From the IMG/VR virus record IMGVR_UViG_3300030397_000598, positions 2,330 to 66,329 of that record: a stretch of DNA of 64,000 nt; one strand, given 5' to 3'. Below, piece after piece: positions 46,631 to 55,531 of the stretch. Positions within the stretch are counted from its first letter, which is position 1. Each line of letters begins with the position of its first letter. The position numbers were made by a program, and so were the translations under genes. The notes beneath the pieces are model-generated. The model saw only the letters and a list, made by a program, of their open reading frames with translations, made no database searches and was not told the DNA's origin. This DNA is from a virus.

Positions 46631-46867
46631 TTAATCATATTCCGTTGGCGCATTGTCGGCCATTTCTTCATATGTGGATATTGCTACGGGCGTGTCTGTT
46701 AGGTATTCTTCAAACAGATCAGAAAGGGATTTTTTGAACTCCTCGAATTCTTGTTTAGAGTCAAAAATAAGAGTGCCGGACATATCCCAACGTGCGTCAC
46801 TTTTCCCTACTTCGGGATCACCAGTGTAGAAGATTCCGATTCCTTCGATTTTGAATTGTTTTTTCAT
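46631..46867 (-). CDS. Hypothetical acidic protein
   Basis: Likely start MKKQFK at 46867. Confidence 0.55.
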   Translation of the reverse strand: MKKQFKIEGIGIFYTGDPEVGKSDARWDMSGTLIFDSKQEFEEFKKSLSDLFEEYLTDTPVAISTYEEMADNAPTEYD

Positions 46868-46875
46868 TGCGATTG

Positions 46876-47325
46876 TTAAGTTTTGCTTTTGATGAAGGAA
46901 AGCTCTTGCCCTGTCAGTGAAAAGAATAAGTTTTGAAGGCGATGAACGCAATTTATATGCCTCATTTTGAAGTCATCAAAACGGTCACCTTGATATCTTG
47001 ATTTTGTTATAATCCCCATATCTTCGCGCCAATCGATATCAAATCTCTGTGATGGGTGCCCTGGACTCCATGCATCTACATGCATCATGTTTTCACCCCA
47101 TTCTTTGAATCCGAATTTAGATAACCATTCTTTGTTTATCGGGATGGGGTTAATCATCTTGTAAGTGAAAAGGCGATAACCTGATTGCCCGGTAGTTCCG
47201 TGCGATACTCCCGTTTTTGAAATCTGAGAAACGCGGAAGAAAATATCTTTCCCGGCTGAATGAATTTGAAAGTAATTCCCTATTCTGAGTTCATTTGCTT
47301 CGATCATTTGATTTGTTGGTTTCAT
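46876..47325 (-). CDS. Conserved Bacteroidota phage protein (ANELRIGN-type)
   Basis: ANELRIGNY..PIPINKEWLSKFGF..VHRLQNLFFSLTGQEL. Confidence 0.65.
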   Translation of the reverse strand: MKPTNQMIEANELRIGNYFQIHSAGKDIFFRVSQISKTGVSHGTTGQSGYRLFTYKMINPIPINKEWLSKFGFKEWGENMMHVDAWSPGHPSQRFDIDWREDMGIITKSRYQGDRFDDFKMRHINCVHRLQNLFFSLTGQELSFIKSKT

Positions 47326-47681
47326 TTGGGCTGAAAAAAATGCATATCATCTGACCACTCCCCACATTCTAGTTCTACCTCGTTGTGCGAATGTTGGCCG
47401 ACGTTCTCTATAGAAAAATCTCGCCTTATGTCATTGTATGCGTCTTTCATGAAATACCGGCCATTCAATGCGCCGAGGGTGCCGTAGTTGTTGTAAAAAA
47501 CAACACCGTTTTGGTGACACATTTCTATAGCTGCTTTGAGCCGGTTGAAGTGTGATTGCTGTTCCCTTGTTAGGGTGAATAATTTATCGTTATCCATTAT
47601 TGTCTTTTTTATTCCAGGGCAATGTATCTTCAAAGTGTTCGTGCTGCTGTCCCTTAACTCTGATGTTTTCCGCATTCTCAC
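47322..47681 (-). CDS. Hypothetical protein (true start probably internal, near MDNDK)
   Basis: ORF overlaps the upstream gene; C-terminal part is protein-like. Confidence 0.5.
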   Translation of the reverse strand: MRMRKTSELRDSSTNTLKIHCPGIKKTIMDNDKLFTLTREQQSHFNRLKAAIEMCHQNGVVFYNNYGTLGALNGRYFMKDAYNDIRRDFSIENVGQHSHNEVELECGEWSDDMHFFQPK

Positions 47682-47958
47682 AACTGAGCATTTTAAGTCT
47701 CAGTTGAATGTTATTTCCGGGTCCGATCTGATTGTGTAGCCACCCTACGCAATGCTCGGGTTTGTCGGGTTTCGAGTGGTGACATGCCATTACCTGAATC
47801 TTTGGACTTACCCTGATCTGTCCCGGTTCCGCTATCGTGCGTATAAGTGCGCAATGTGATTCCTCGCTATATCCGTGCGGGATCTTGTGGGTATCAGATG
47901 ACACTTTCCACGGGCAGTTGGAACACTGTACTGTGCGCTTTAGTGTCCACGTTTTCAT
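47590..47958 (-). CDS. DUF6283-like Cys/His protein
   Basis: CSNCPWK..MACH...HCVGWL. Confidence 0.6.
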   Translation of the reverse strand: MKTWTLKRTVQCSNCPWKVSSDTHKIPHGYSEESHCALIRTIAEPGQIRVSPKIQVMACHHSKPDKPEHCVGWLHNQIGPGNNIQLRLKMLSCENAENIRVKGQQHEHFEDTLPWNKKDNNG

Positions 47959-48139
47959 TGATGGATATCTTTAATGTGAGTAGTCAATTTTACTATCTTC
48001 ATCCTGCTTAATAATTCTTCCCTTTGGGAAAGTATAGAAGCGCGGAAATTTTTTAATTCAGATTCCAATTCGACAAGCCTCTTTTTTATCTCCATGTTGT
48101 CAGGGTCAAATAGGATGTAATTGCACAAATCGTGTTTAT

Positions 48140-48442
48140 TTATTGACCTTTTTTACCATCGCCGCCAATGTAAACCGGTTTTTTGTCCTTTCTTATTCCG
48201 ATTATCAAAAATGGCTCTCCGAGGCAGTTAACGTTGTAGCTTGATTGGGAGAGCTTCTGAACCCGGAACTTCTGAAAGTGAGCATTATCCTTTATGAATT
48301 TATCCACTTGGAATCTTACCCCCTTGAATGAACTGCTAGTTAATTCATCATCATAGTGGTTCGACCAAGCGGAAAACGTACAATATTCAGTATTGAAGGT
48401 TATTTCAAAACCCCTGTAGTCCTCTATTTTAACCTCTGCCAT
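48140..48442 (-). CDS. Hypothetical protein, possibly frameshifted (continuation to 47955)
   Basis: 100 aa; the -1 frame after an A6 run is open to a TGA overlapping the next ATG. Confidence 0.5.
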   Translation of the reverse strand: MAEVKIEDYRGFEITFNTEYCTFSAWSNHYDDELTSSSFKGVRFQVDKFIKDNAHFQKFRVQKLSQSSYNVNCLGEPFLIIGIRKDKKPVYIGGDGKKGQ

Positions 48443-48641
48443 AGCTGTCTTATTTATCTGTTTCAGAACAATATCATTCCCCTCCTAGCATCTCTTCAGG
48501 GAACATTTCATCGTATAAATCATCTGGATATGTCTTAAAGCACCAGATCAAAAAAACGATTGCTGCGCCGGATGTGAAACCGACCAAAAACATACCTATC
48601 ATCAACCAAATATCAGATGTCATTTTAAAATAGTTTACTTA

Positions 48642-48717
48642 GTGCCCACGGTTGGAATCGAACCAACCCCCGACGTTCATATAAAACGCTTTCACCCCGA
48701 CCAGTCCCCCTATGCAC
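48642..48717 (-). ncRNA. Degenerate tRNA-like element
   Basis: Perfect T-arm GTTGG-TTCGATT-CCAAC, anticodon-like arm GCGTT-TTATATG-AACGT, but a poorly paired acceptor stem and no CCA. Confidence 0.35.
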
Positions 48718-48778
48718 AGTTCGCAGTTAGTGCGGTTGGTGGGTGTGGGCTTGTGGTTAATAGTGATTACAGGACTGT

Positions 48779-49561
48779 CTACCCCAGTCTCAACACCTCC
48801 TGTTCGTCGCCTTTTATTGGCTTGGATGGAGAAAAACCCATTCCGACTGACTCTCCTTTCAGGAAGGCAAGCATATCCCAGTCTCCTCCACCTGATTTCC
48901 TTCCTGATTTGTAGCCCTTCTTTTCAATAAAGGATTCTACTAGTTGATTTGTCTTTATCAACTGCGTGGCATAGCTATCTCCATATTCCTTTGTTAGCTC
49001 CTGTTTACTTCGCTCGTACCTCAATCTAAGGCCATTAGCAGCGCCGAGGAAAAAGGATTTCTTAAACAATTCACGACGAGGCAACCAATTGCAGTCAATT
49101 AGTTCTTTGATTGTCCATTTGCCCCCGTATCGCTTCAGGGCGGCATTCTTTTCTTTTTCAACCCTTGATTTCCAGGACTTCTTGCATATATCAGAAAAAG
49201 TACGTAGGGCTATTGAGTAGATGTATTCAACCATTTCTATGTCCCTTTTTCTTCCCACTAAATACATTTTCTTGTAGTAGGCGACATATACGCTTTTGCA
49301 ATTATTGCATTCAGCTATTACGCCCCAAAGAACACGCTGATATGTGTAATCGTACCGTGCCCCGTCGTTAGTTTCGAATATCCTAGATCCTGGGTCGAGG
49401 TCATGAGACTTTACATCTGCTATTTCTATATCATGCCGAGCCATAATTTTGTGCATCGCCGCAAACATGGAATTCGCTTCTTCCAAGCTTCCGATCTGAC
49501 GGGCGCTATTGGCCTTGTTGTATATCTTTTTGATCTTGTCTAATATTGAAATATCGTTCAT
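48779..49561 (-). CDS. DUF2786-containing phage protein
   Basis: ILDKIKKIYNKA...EEANSMFAAMHKIMARHDI; SFFLGAANGL. Confidence 0.7.
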   Translation of the reverse strand: MNDISILDKIKKIYNKANSARQIGSLEEANSMFAAMHKIMARHDIEIADVKSHDLDPGSRIFETNDGARYDYTYQRVLWGVIAECNNCKSVYVAYYKKMYLVGRKRDIEMVEYIYSIALRTFSDICKKSWKSRVEKEKNAALKRYGGKWTIKELIDCNWLPRRELFKKSFFLGAANGLRLRYERSKQELTKEYGDSYATQLIKTNQLVESFIEKKGYKSGRKSGGGDWDMLAFLKGESVGMGFSPSKPIKGDEQEVLRLG

Positions 49562-49565
49562 TGAT

Positions 49566-50039
49566 CTATTTTTTAAATGAAAACATGCAATACCCGTCCC
49601 TCAAGCCGAAATCACCATCATTCCAATTGAGTACATGCGTTATGATTACGAATTCCTTTTCCCCGGTATATTCCTTTGTGAATTGGCACCACTCCTCAAG
49701 TATCACCCCGTCCCCAACTTTGTAGTTCCGGTCGTTGAACCGAAGTTCAGACTTCTTTTCCCCGCGCCGGACAGATTGAAAGTGTTCCGGCCAGCACTTG
49801 ACCTTATGGACGATTCCAGACACATTGAATTGACCTACTGGGTGATCAGGTATATTTGCCCATGTGTCGGGCAAGAATGCTTCTTCCGGCCAACTGTTTG
49901 TATAGGTCGAGTTAATCCAAGGAAACCCTTGAACGGGTCCAGGCAACCAAAAGACTGATACCGGGCATTTCCACTGAACATGCCAGCGAATTACGGCCTT
50001 TCTGTTTATCCTTGGCGGTGGTGTGTAAATCCAGTTCAT
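49566..50039 (-). CDS. ASCH/DUF3850-like protein
   Basis: HKVKCWPEHFQSVRRGEKKSELRFNDRNYKVGD. Confidence 0.8.
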   Translation of the reverse strand: MNWIYTPPPRINRKAVIRWHVQWKCPVSVFWLPGPVQGFPWINSTYTNSWPEEAFLPDTWANIPDHPVGQFNVSGIVHKVKCWPEHFQSVRRGEKKSELRFNDRNYKVGDGVILEEWCQFTKEYTGEKEFVIITHVLNWNDGDFGLRDGYCMFSFKK

Positions 50040-50051
50040 TGTAAGGGCCTT

Positions 50052-50417
50052 TTATGTTGCGGTATTCAGGTGGAATTGATCGAGGCCCCAAACATCATTT
50101 GTTACGTCCGGGAACCGGCGACAAATAAGCAAGATGATTGATTCGTAGATGTCCTCATCTTTAAGGAATGAATCGCTTAATGGCCCACTAGTGTAATGAA
50201 TTGAACTATTATCAGGTGGTATATCTCTTTTATCTTCACTGCTTATGTCAAATGGGTCGATACCGGAAACCCTGATAACAATCCTCTTATAAAACTTCAC
50301 TTTTTCGCTCGTATGTTCGGAATAGGGTTCGATATTGAAAGAGGTCCAAGCCAAGTACTTTTCTGCGATACTATTTAACATCCCGTCTATCCAATTGATG
50401 TAATTTAGGTTTACCAT
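50052..50417 (-). CDS. Hypothetical protein
   Basis: 121 aa, packed operon. Confidence 0.55.
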   Translation of the reverse strand: MVNLNYINWIDGMLNSIAEKYLAWTSFNIEPYSEHTSEKVKFYKRIVIRVSGIDPFDISSEDKRDIPPDNSSIHYTSGPLSDSFLKDEDIYESIILLICRRFPDVTNDVWGLDQFHLNTAT

Positions 50418-50429
50418 TGTTCGTTGATT

Positions 50430-50918
50430 TTAATTGTCCGATATATTCAATTCTGACAGGTCGTCTATCTTTTCAACCGATCTGATTTCGGTCATCATCT
50501 CGGCAAACGAAGGATACATCTTTGACCAAGTTGTACGACCCCAGGAAAACCTAACTAGTTCGCAAAAGTGGTTTTCAGTGTTGAACCAGAAGGAAAACCA
50601 CCGATCATCATTTTGGTCAATGCATATACTTATAAGCGAGTCCTTGAAACCATACATTTGCTCGATAATGCCGATGTTCTCAACCGGTATATCCTTGTGC
50701 AATACGCAGTGATAAACCTTTACGCCGGATGGGTTTTTGTCAGGATAACAGAGATCAGTCTGACCTTCAAGGTGAATCCCGTATTGCTTCAAAAAGTCAC
50801 CGAAAACAACACGCCTCGAAAATGGTTTGCCGTTTCTCTTGTCTACTCTAATGAAGGCAGATAGGTGATATCCTTTGCTTGAAGGGTCGTATGGGTTGAA
50901 AACTTTTAGCTTATTCAT
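50430..50918 (-). CDS. Hypothetical protein
   Basis: 162 aa, packed operon. Confidence 0.6.
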   Translation of the reverse strand: MNKLKVFNPYDPSSKGYHLSAFIRVDKRNGKPFSRRVVFGDFLKQYGIHLEGQTDLCYPDKNPSGVKVYHCVLHKDIPVENIGIIEQMYGFKDSLISICIDQNDDRWFSFWFNTENHFCELVRFSWGRTTWSKMYPSFAEMMTEIRSVEKIDDLSELNISDN

Positions 50919-51229
50919 TGATGATTCATTTCTCGTTTAAAATCCGCAGTCAAATACCCGTTGGTCGCTATAAACCCCTCCATGATGGAAAAAACATCGT
51001 CCTCGTTTCGGGCCGGGATGGTGTATAAAAGCTCATCAGGGCAGGACAGATCGAAACCGCCCGGAAAAGGATCTTTAAACCCCTTGAGTATGATCTGTAT
51101 CTCGTCTCCTACCCTAACTGCTTTGTGGGTTGATATTTCTGATATAGTGGTCATATCTTTCAATTTGAAATGATGACTTCGTTTTCGGCACTTCCAACGT
51201 TCTCTCGAAATGATACCTCTACTTCCCAA
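50915..51229 (-). CDS. Hypothetical protein (true start probably at MTTISE)
   Basis: ATGA-type overlaps with neighbours. Confidence 0.5.
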   Translation of the reverse strand: MGSRGIISRERWKCRKRSHHFKLKDMTTISEISTHKAVRVGDEIQIILKGFKDPFPGGFDLSCPDELLYTIPARNEDDVFSIMEGFIATNGYLTADFKREMNHQ

Positions 51230-51363
51230 TCGCCCTCAAGGTATTCACTGAACTCAGGTTTGAGTTCTGACAAGTGTTCAAACACGTCTGGATGCTCAAA
51301 TAGCATTGCAATCACATTCGCCATTTCTTTGGTCGGCGTTTCAATCATTACATGATGACTCAT
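51160..51363 (-). CDS. Hypothetical acidic protein
   Basis: Likely start MSHHVM at 51363. Confidence 0.5.
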   Translation of the reverse strand: MSHHVMIETPTKEMANVIAMLFEHPDVFEHLSELKPEFSEYLEGDWEVEVSFRENVGSAENEVIISN

Positions 51364-51365
51364 AC

Positions 51366-51675
51366 TGACTAACTTTCTGACTAACTTCCGGCTAACAAAA
51401 GTGATAACTGGCGTCAATCAATTAAAAAATGTGTTATATTATCAGAAAATTGACAATGAGGAGATTAGGAAAAATGTAGGTTTTAAGTCTTCAGCCTTGT
51501 ATAGGTTGAAAGAAATATTATTTAACACAAAATAATGCTGGTTGGCTTAATCCAGTGTTAAGTGACCCTGTCTATACGTTAATTCCTAATTAACTGTATG
51601 TCAATTTATTGTAAATAAATTTCAAATACTCCGTTTTTTGACCGACTAACAAACTGACTAACTGTGCGTTAGTCT
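51366..51675. other. Candidate attP: arm-type repeat clusters flanking a 7-7-7 core-like inverted repeat
   Basis: TGACTAAC 51366, 51378, CGGCTAAC 51389; core TTCAGCC-TTGTATA-GGTTGAA 51490-51510; CGACTAAC 51643, TGACTAAC 51655, inverted GTTAGTCT 51668; AT-rich non-coding interior. Confidence 0.5.
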
Positions 51676-52175
51676 GGAAGGTTTTCCATTAAAATACCTT
51701 CCACTTCTTTACAGAAAGACAACATACTTGCCCCGCCCTCTCTTTCGGCGATCTCTACGAATTTGCTCAACTCTGATAAGTTAGTTTTGATCTCGTCAAT
51801 GCTCAAGGACTTCACTGCCGCCCTAAATTCGCGGGATGTGATTCTGTAATTAAAAAGAGAGTCAACAAGTGAATCTGCACCCACTGGGTTTTCATTCAGT
51901 ACTGCCGGATTCTCGAATACCACTTTGCCATTTTCCACTATCAATCTGAATCCAATCGCTACACCTGCACGAGAAAGTGTGTGCAAGTTTGGCGTCCTGG
52001 TGGTGTGTGATGCTCCTTTTTCCCACTTTGAATAAGTGGTTACGTGTATGCCCATCTTATCAGCGACCTCTCTTTGTGTGAGTCCTTTTGATTTCCTGAA
52101 CTCCATTAGCCCCACTCTTACCATATCTGAAAAAGCCTGTTTGCTATCTTCCATTTTGTAAAATTTCAATTTCAT
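51669..52175 (-). CDS. XRE-family HTH regulator
   Basis: FRKSKGLTQREVADKMGIHVTTYSKWEKG..PNLHTL. Confidence 0.85.
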   Translation of the reverse strand: MKLKFYKMEDSKQAFSDMVRVGLMEFRKSKGLTQREVADKMGIHVTTYSKWEKGASHTTRTPNLHTLSRAGVAIGFRLIVENGKVVFENPAVLNENPVGADSLVDSLFNYRITSREFRAAVKSLSIDEIKTNLSELSKFVEIAEREGGASMLSFCKEVEGILMENLPD

Positions 52176-52222
52176 CTTTCATTTCCACTTTCGACACCAT
52201 GTTAACATAGTTGAATTCGATA

Positions 52223-52253
52223 CAAATATATCACTTTCGTGATAAACATGCAA
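52223..52253 (-). promoter_or_regulatory. Promoter with an internal palindromic operator
   Basis: TTG-20 nt-TATATTTG on the minus strand; TATCAC-tttc-GTGATA at 52229-52244. Confidence 0.65.
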
Positions 52254-52268
52254 GTTTTTAGCAAAAAA

Positions 52269-52700
52269 TCATCTATTGTCGTATTCCCGGAACTCTTCAA
52301 AGTCGTCCTCTAATTCGTTAGATTCTAAATACGCTACATGGTCCCTAAGCAACCTCTCGCAGTTGATCAGTTTATATTCGTGATCGCTCATTGCCGGAAT
52401 GACAACAGTTGAACCAATCTTTTTAGAGGTCTCTTCGAATGCATACTGAATGCACTTCGATAGGCTTAACCCAAGGTGGTCAGCAGCGAGGTCAAGGTAT
52501 ATGGCTATATCTCCTATTTCCTTCATTATGGCCCCTGGCGGTATGTTGTCCCCACGTCTTATCTTCTTAATCAGATTGCAAAGTTCTCCTACCTCTCCGG
52601 ATACGGCGCAACCCCAGTCGGAAGCAGTCCAATTATCGCAACTCTTGTAGCTCTGTTGGTTTCTTCTTTGGTTTGCCTCTCTTAACTGATCTAAATGCAT
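52269..52700 (-). CDS. MazG-like nucleotide pyrophosphohydrolase
   Basis: GEVGELCNLIKK..KEIGDIAIYL (ExxE...ExxD). Confidence 0.8.
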   Translation of the reverse strand: MHLDQLREANQRRNQQSYKSCDNWTASDWGCAVSGEVGELCNLIKKIRRGDNIPPGAIMKEIGDIAIYLDLAADHLGLSLSKCIQYAFEETSKKIGSTVVIPAMSDHEYKLINCERLLRDHVAYLESNELEDDFEEFREYDNR

Positions 52701-52712
52701 GATTTTAGTTTT

Positions 52713-52744
52713 AAAAAAGCCGCACCGAACGAATCAGTACGGCC
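52713..52744 (-). terminator. Rho-independent terminator
   Basis: GGCCGTACTGA-TTCG-TTCGGTGCGGC followed by T6 on the minus strand. Confidence 0.65.
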
Positions 52745-52774
52745 TATACGCATGAACATTACCAATAATAAAAT

Positions 52775-53299
52775 CTATTCCTTGGAAAACCCCTTGCAGT
52801 CGCCGTCGTGCAGTGTAAAGTCTGCCGGTAGTCCCTCGATACCCACAAAGGTGTAGCTACACCCGGACCATTCCATAAATCCCCTAACCTTGCCTTTCTT
52901 TATCGCCAATTTAGTGTAGACCCGGTTTGAGTAGTGCTTTTCGATTTCGAAGTTCATGGTTCCAAACTCGGTTGTAGTCAATTTAATGCCTTTGGTCGGA
53001 CTGACCTCCATCCTGCCGGACCAATCCCACGAATCAATATCGGCGCTCAGGTGGTTGATGGTAAACGGAACAACTGACGTTGACGGCTTTTCCGTAATCA
53101 GACCTTGCGCCTTTTTGAATTCAAGGGAAATGTCCGCTTCGCAATCGCCGTCTTTGATCTGGCGGAAGAAAGCGCCGAGTGAATCCATACTGACCATTTT
53201 GGGTTTGAAATTCTCGGGAGTGAGCGAAAGACCGTTTTCCTGGCAAAATGCGAATGAAGCGATAAATACAAACAGTGTAGTTGAAAAGAACTTTTTCAT
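52775..53299 (-). CDS. Exported protein (signal peptide)
   Basis: MKKFFSTTLFVFIASFAFCQ. Confidence 0.65.
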   Translation of the reverse strand: MKKFFSTTLFVFIASFAFCQENGLSLTPENFKPKMVSMDSLGAFFRQIKDGDCEADISLEFKKAQGLITEKPSTSVVPFTINHLSADIDSWDWSGRMEVSPTKGIKLTTTEFGTMNFEIEKHYSNRVYTKLAIKKGKVRGFMEWSGCSYTFVGIEGLPADFTLHDGDCKGFSKE

Positions 53300-53327
53300 T
53301 GTACTTGATTATAGTGGATTGAATTTA

Positions 53328-53789
53328 TTAATCGAGAATTGACAGGATGTAGCTGCGTTTGATTGCTACTCCATTGTGTTCGTGTGAAGTGGTTCCGGGT
53401 AGGTACCAAACGCGGTTTGCATACTGGAACTCCGGGCCAAAGAAAACGGACGCCTCCGGGTCATCTAAATCAATGCCGTTTGCTTCGGCCTGATTGCATA
53501 GTTCACTGACCTGGGTTGCATGGACCTGTTTCATTTCTTTCCCCGTCCAGATCAGCACCTTGATAAATCGCTGTTCCAGGGTGCAAAAATCCCAGCCCTT
53601 GCCGGATTGATATAGCATTCTTGTGCGCTGGTAGTCTTCAAATACTTCAGGGCTTGCCCAATCCCCCATATAGAGGGAGTCCGGTATGAACGTATCTAGT
53701 GGCAGGTTTTCCAGTTTAGAATCCATCACCTGAGCGGCGGCAAGGTTGAATGCAAAAATTAGTGTGAGTATTGCGAATGCTTTTTTCAT
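53328..53789 (-). CDS. Exported protein (signal peptide)
   Basis: MKKAFAILTLIFAFNLAAAQ. Confidence 0.65.
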   Translation of the reverse strand: MKKAFAILTLIFAFNLAAAQVMDSKLENLPLDTFIPDSLYMGDWASPEVFEDYQRTRMLYQSGKGWDFCTLEQRFIKVLIWTGKEMKQVHATQVSELCNQAEANGIDLDDPEASVFFGPEFQYANRVWYLPGTTSHEHNGVAIKRSYILSILD

Positions 53790-54601
53790 TTCGGGTTGAT
53801 TTTATTTCCTTGATCGTCGCATAGCTCAAACGTGTATGCGAAAACCCAAGGGTTAGCAATTATGTGTTTATTAGGGCCGGATTTCCGGCATGTGTCATGT
53901 TTTTCCATCGGGAAGACAAATTGATCCGGAAACCCTTTTTGTTTTTTCCAGGTGTAGGCATTGATGTCGTTCCATACCTGGGTAAATAAGTACTTTGCGT
54001 CAAACATCTTCCCGGTGCTAAAACAGTCTTCGCAATACATGCCATTTCCACTACAATGGCACGGTATCGCTTTGAACCCCTCCGCCCTTGCATCTGATTC
54101 GGAAATGTTCGCAACGCGCTCAACTTTTACATCGGTGACTTTTTGAAAGTACCGGGCATACTTTTGAGGCATGAACATTTTGGATATCCAATTACTCTCA
54201 GAGAAGTTCCTGATATTTGGGTAAGGACCGCGTTTTTCGATGTTGTTTATCCACCTAATGTCAAATGGACCATCAAGGTATTTATACGTTACCCGTGCAT
54301 CAAAACTGTCTTTCCTTTTGGTTATCCCGTTTATTTGGTAAGGTTCCTTTAGGTAAAGCACTTCACCCGGTTGATAGGTGGAAGGCAGAGTATCTATCCA
54401 AGGTGTTATTTCCGGCCTAAGATCTTCAAAGTGCGCTCCGTGCCGTCCCTCTTCTTTCTCGTTCTGACCGTAGTAGTGGAATTTGTACCGGTCCGGCTCC
54501 CAATTAATGATATGCTTTACCGGGATGACCCGGCGAGATTGCGTTTTACTGCCAGATACAACTTTTTTAAAGTTTGCCTCTGTATACATTATTCCCCTCA
54601 T
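53786..54601 (-). CDS. ASCH/PUA-like conserved phage protein
   Basis: VVSGSKTQSRRVI, SKMFMPQKYAR, VERVANISESDARAEG, NPWVFAYTF. Confidence 0.75.
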   Translation of the reverse strand: MRGIMYTEANFKKVVSGSKTQSRRVIPVKHIINWEPDRYKFHYYGQNEKEEGRHGAHFEDLRPEITPWIDTLPSTYQPGEVLYLKEPYQINGITKRKDSFDARVTYKYLDGPFDIRWINNIEKRGPYPNIRNFSESNWISKMFMPQKYARYFQKVTDVKVERVANISESDARAEGFKAIPCHCSGNGMYCEDCFSTGKMFDAKYLFTQVWNDINAYTWKKQKGFPDQFVFPMEKHDTCRKSGPNKHIIANPWVFAYTFELCDDQGNKINPK

Positions 54602-54622
54602 AAGTGTAGTTTCTTATCGGTT

Positions 54623-54853
54623 TTAAAATAGCTTGGCTTGCCCCCGGTCCTTGTCTTGTATCTCTTCGGCCATCTGTATCCAGTAAAGAAGTCGGGCGTT
54701 GTAGTTGTCCGCCTCGTGCTGATGCATCTGCCCGGAACTGATGCGATTGGGGTAAACCTTTTTCCTCATTGCCAACTCCCGTTTGAGTTCTTTCAGGGCT
54801 TGATCAAAGGTGATCGTTTGGCCGTTTATTACTCTTGGTTTGGTCAGCGCCAT
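54623..54853 (-). CDS. Conserved small phage protein
   Basis: Likely start MALTKP; ELKRELAMRKKVYP..I.SG.M pattern. Confidence 0.6.
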   Translation of the reverse strand: MALTKPRVINGQTITFDQALKELKRELAMRKKVYPNRISSGQMHQHEADNYNARLLYWIQMAEEIQDKDRGQAKLF

Positions 54854-55023
54854 GATTTCGGTATTAGGGATGAACAAATGAAGGCCATTGCATCTATTGC
54901 GATTGCCGGTAAAAATGCCAGAACCACAATTAAAAAAGCCCCTAGCTTGAATGAACTGTTTTTGTGAAACCTCAATAGGAGGTACACCAATGGCTCGTCG
55001 TACTTCTTTCGGTTTTTTCTCAT
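54844..55023 (-). CDS. 59-aa membrane peptide
   Basis: Manual translation MRKNRKKYDEPLVYLLL..GAFLIVVLAFLPAIAIDAMAFIC.. Confidence 0.45.
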   Translation of the reverse strand: MRKNRKKYDEPLVYLLLRFHKNSSFKLGAFLIVVLAFLPAIAIDAMAFICSSLIPKSWR

Positions 55024-55043
55024 AGTATGCTGAAATTGGTTAT

Positions 55044-55433
55044 TCAGGTCTTATACAGCCCCGCGTTTGAGGCTAGGGTTATGTCCTGGTCTTGCCTCCA
55101 TTTATCCATGAACTTCAGTCTATCGGACTTTGACCCGCATTCGGTCCAAGCGTCCAGGTCTTGAGCCTTGAAATACACAGTAGACCCCGCCCGATGATGG
55201 GGTATAAACCCATTACAGACGTAATTGCGAAGAGTACTAATTGTATATTTCAGTCCGTGAACAGACTCTAAGTATTGAAGGGTATCCTGATAAGAAAACC
55301 TTTCCTTTAGCAGTCTTTTCATTGCTTCCTTGATCGTTGCTTGCCCATCGATCAATTTATTTACTGCCTGTATCAATTCAGGCATATCAGCAAACGTGAA
55401 TTTATCAGCGTTAAATTTCTCCACGGATACCAA
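55044..55433 (-). CDS. Excisionase-like (HTH_17/MerR-type) DNA-binding protein
   Basis: TISTLRNYVCNGFIPHHRAGSTVYFKAQDLDAW. Confidence 0.7.
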   Translation of the reverse strand: MVSVEKFNADKFTFADMPELIQAVNKLIDGQATIKEAMKRLLKERFSYQDTLQYLESVHGLKYTISTLRNYVCNGFIPHHRAGSTVYFKAQDLDAWTECGSKSDRLKFMDKWRQDQDITLASNAGLYKT

Positions 55434-55531
55434 GTATTATGTTTAGTAAGACAATTAATGTTATTAGGAACATAAAGAATAGTTCCTGGGGGTCTATGGG
55501 TCTTTTGACCTTGGGCTTTCGGCCTCTCATA

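Noticed and set aside
51520-51547. dif-like site (XerD-like arm TTGTGTTAAAT on the minus strand)
   Set aside because: No XerC-like arm at the 6-bp spacing
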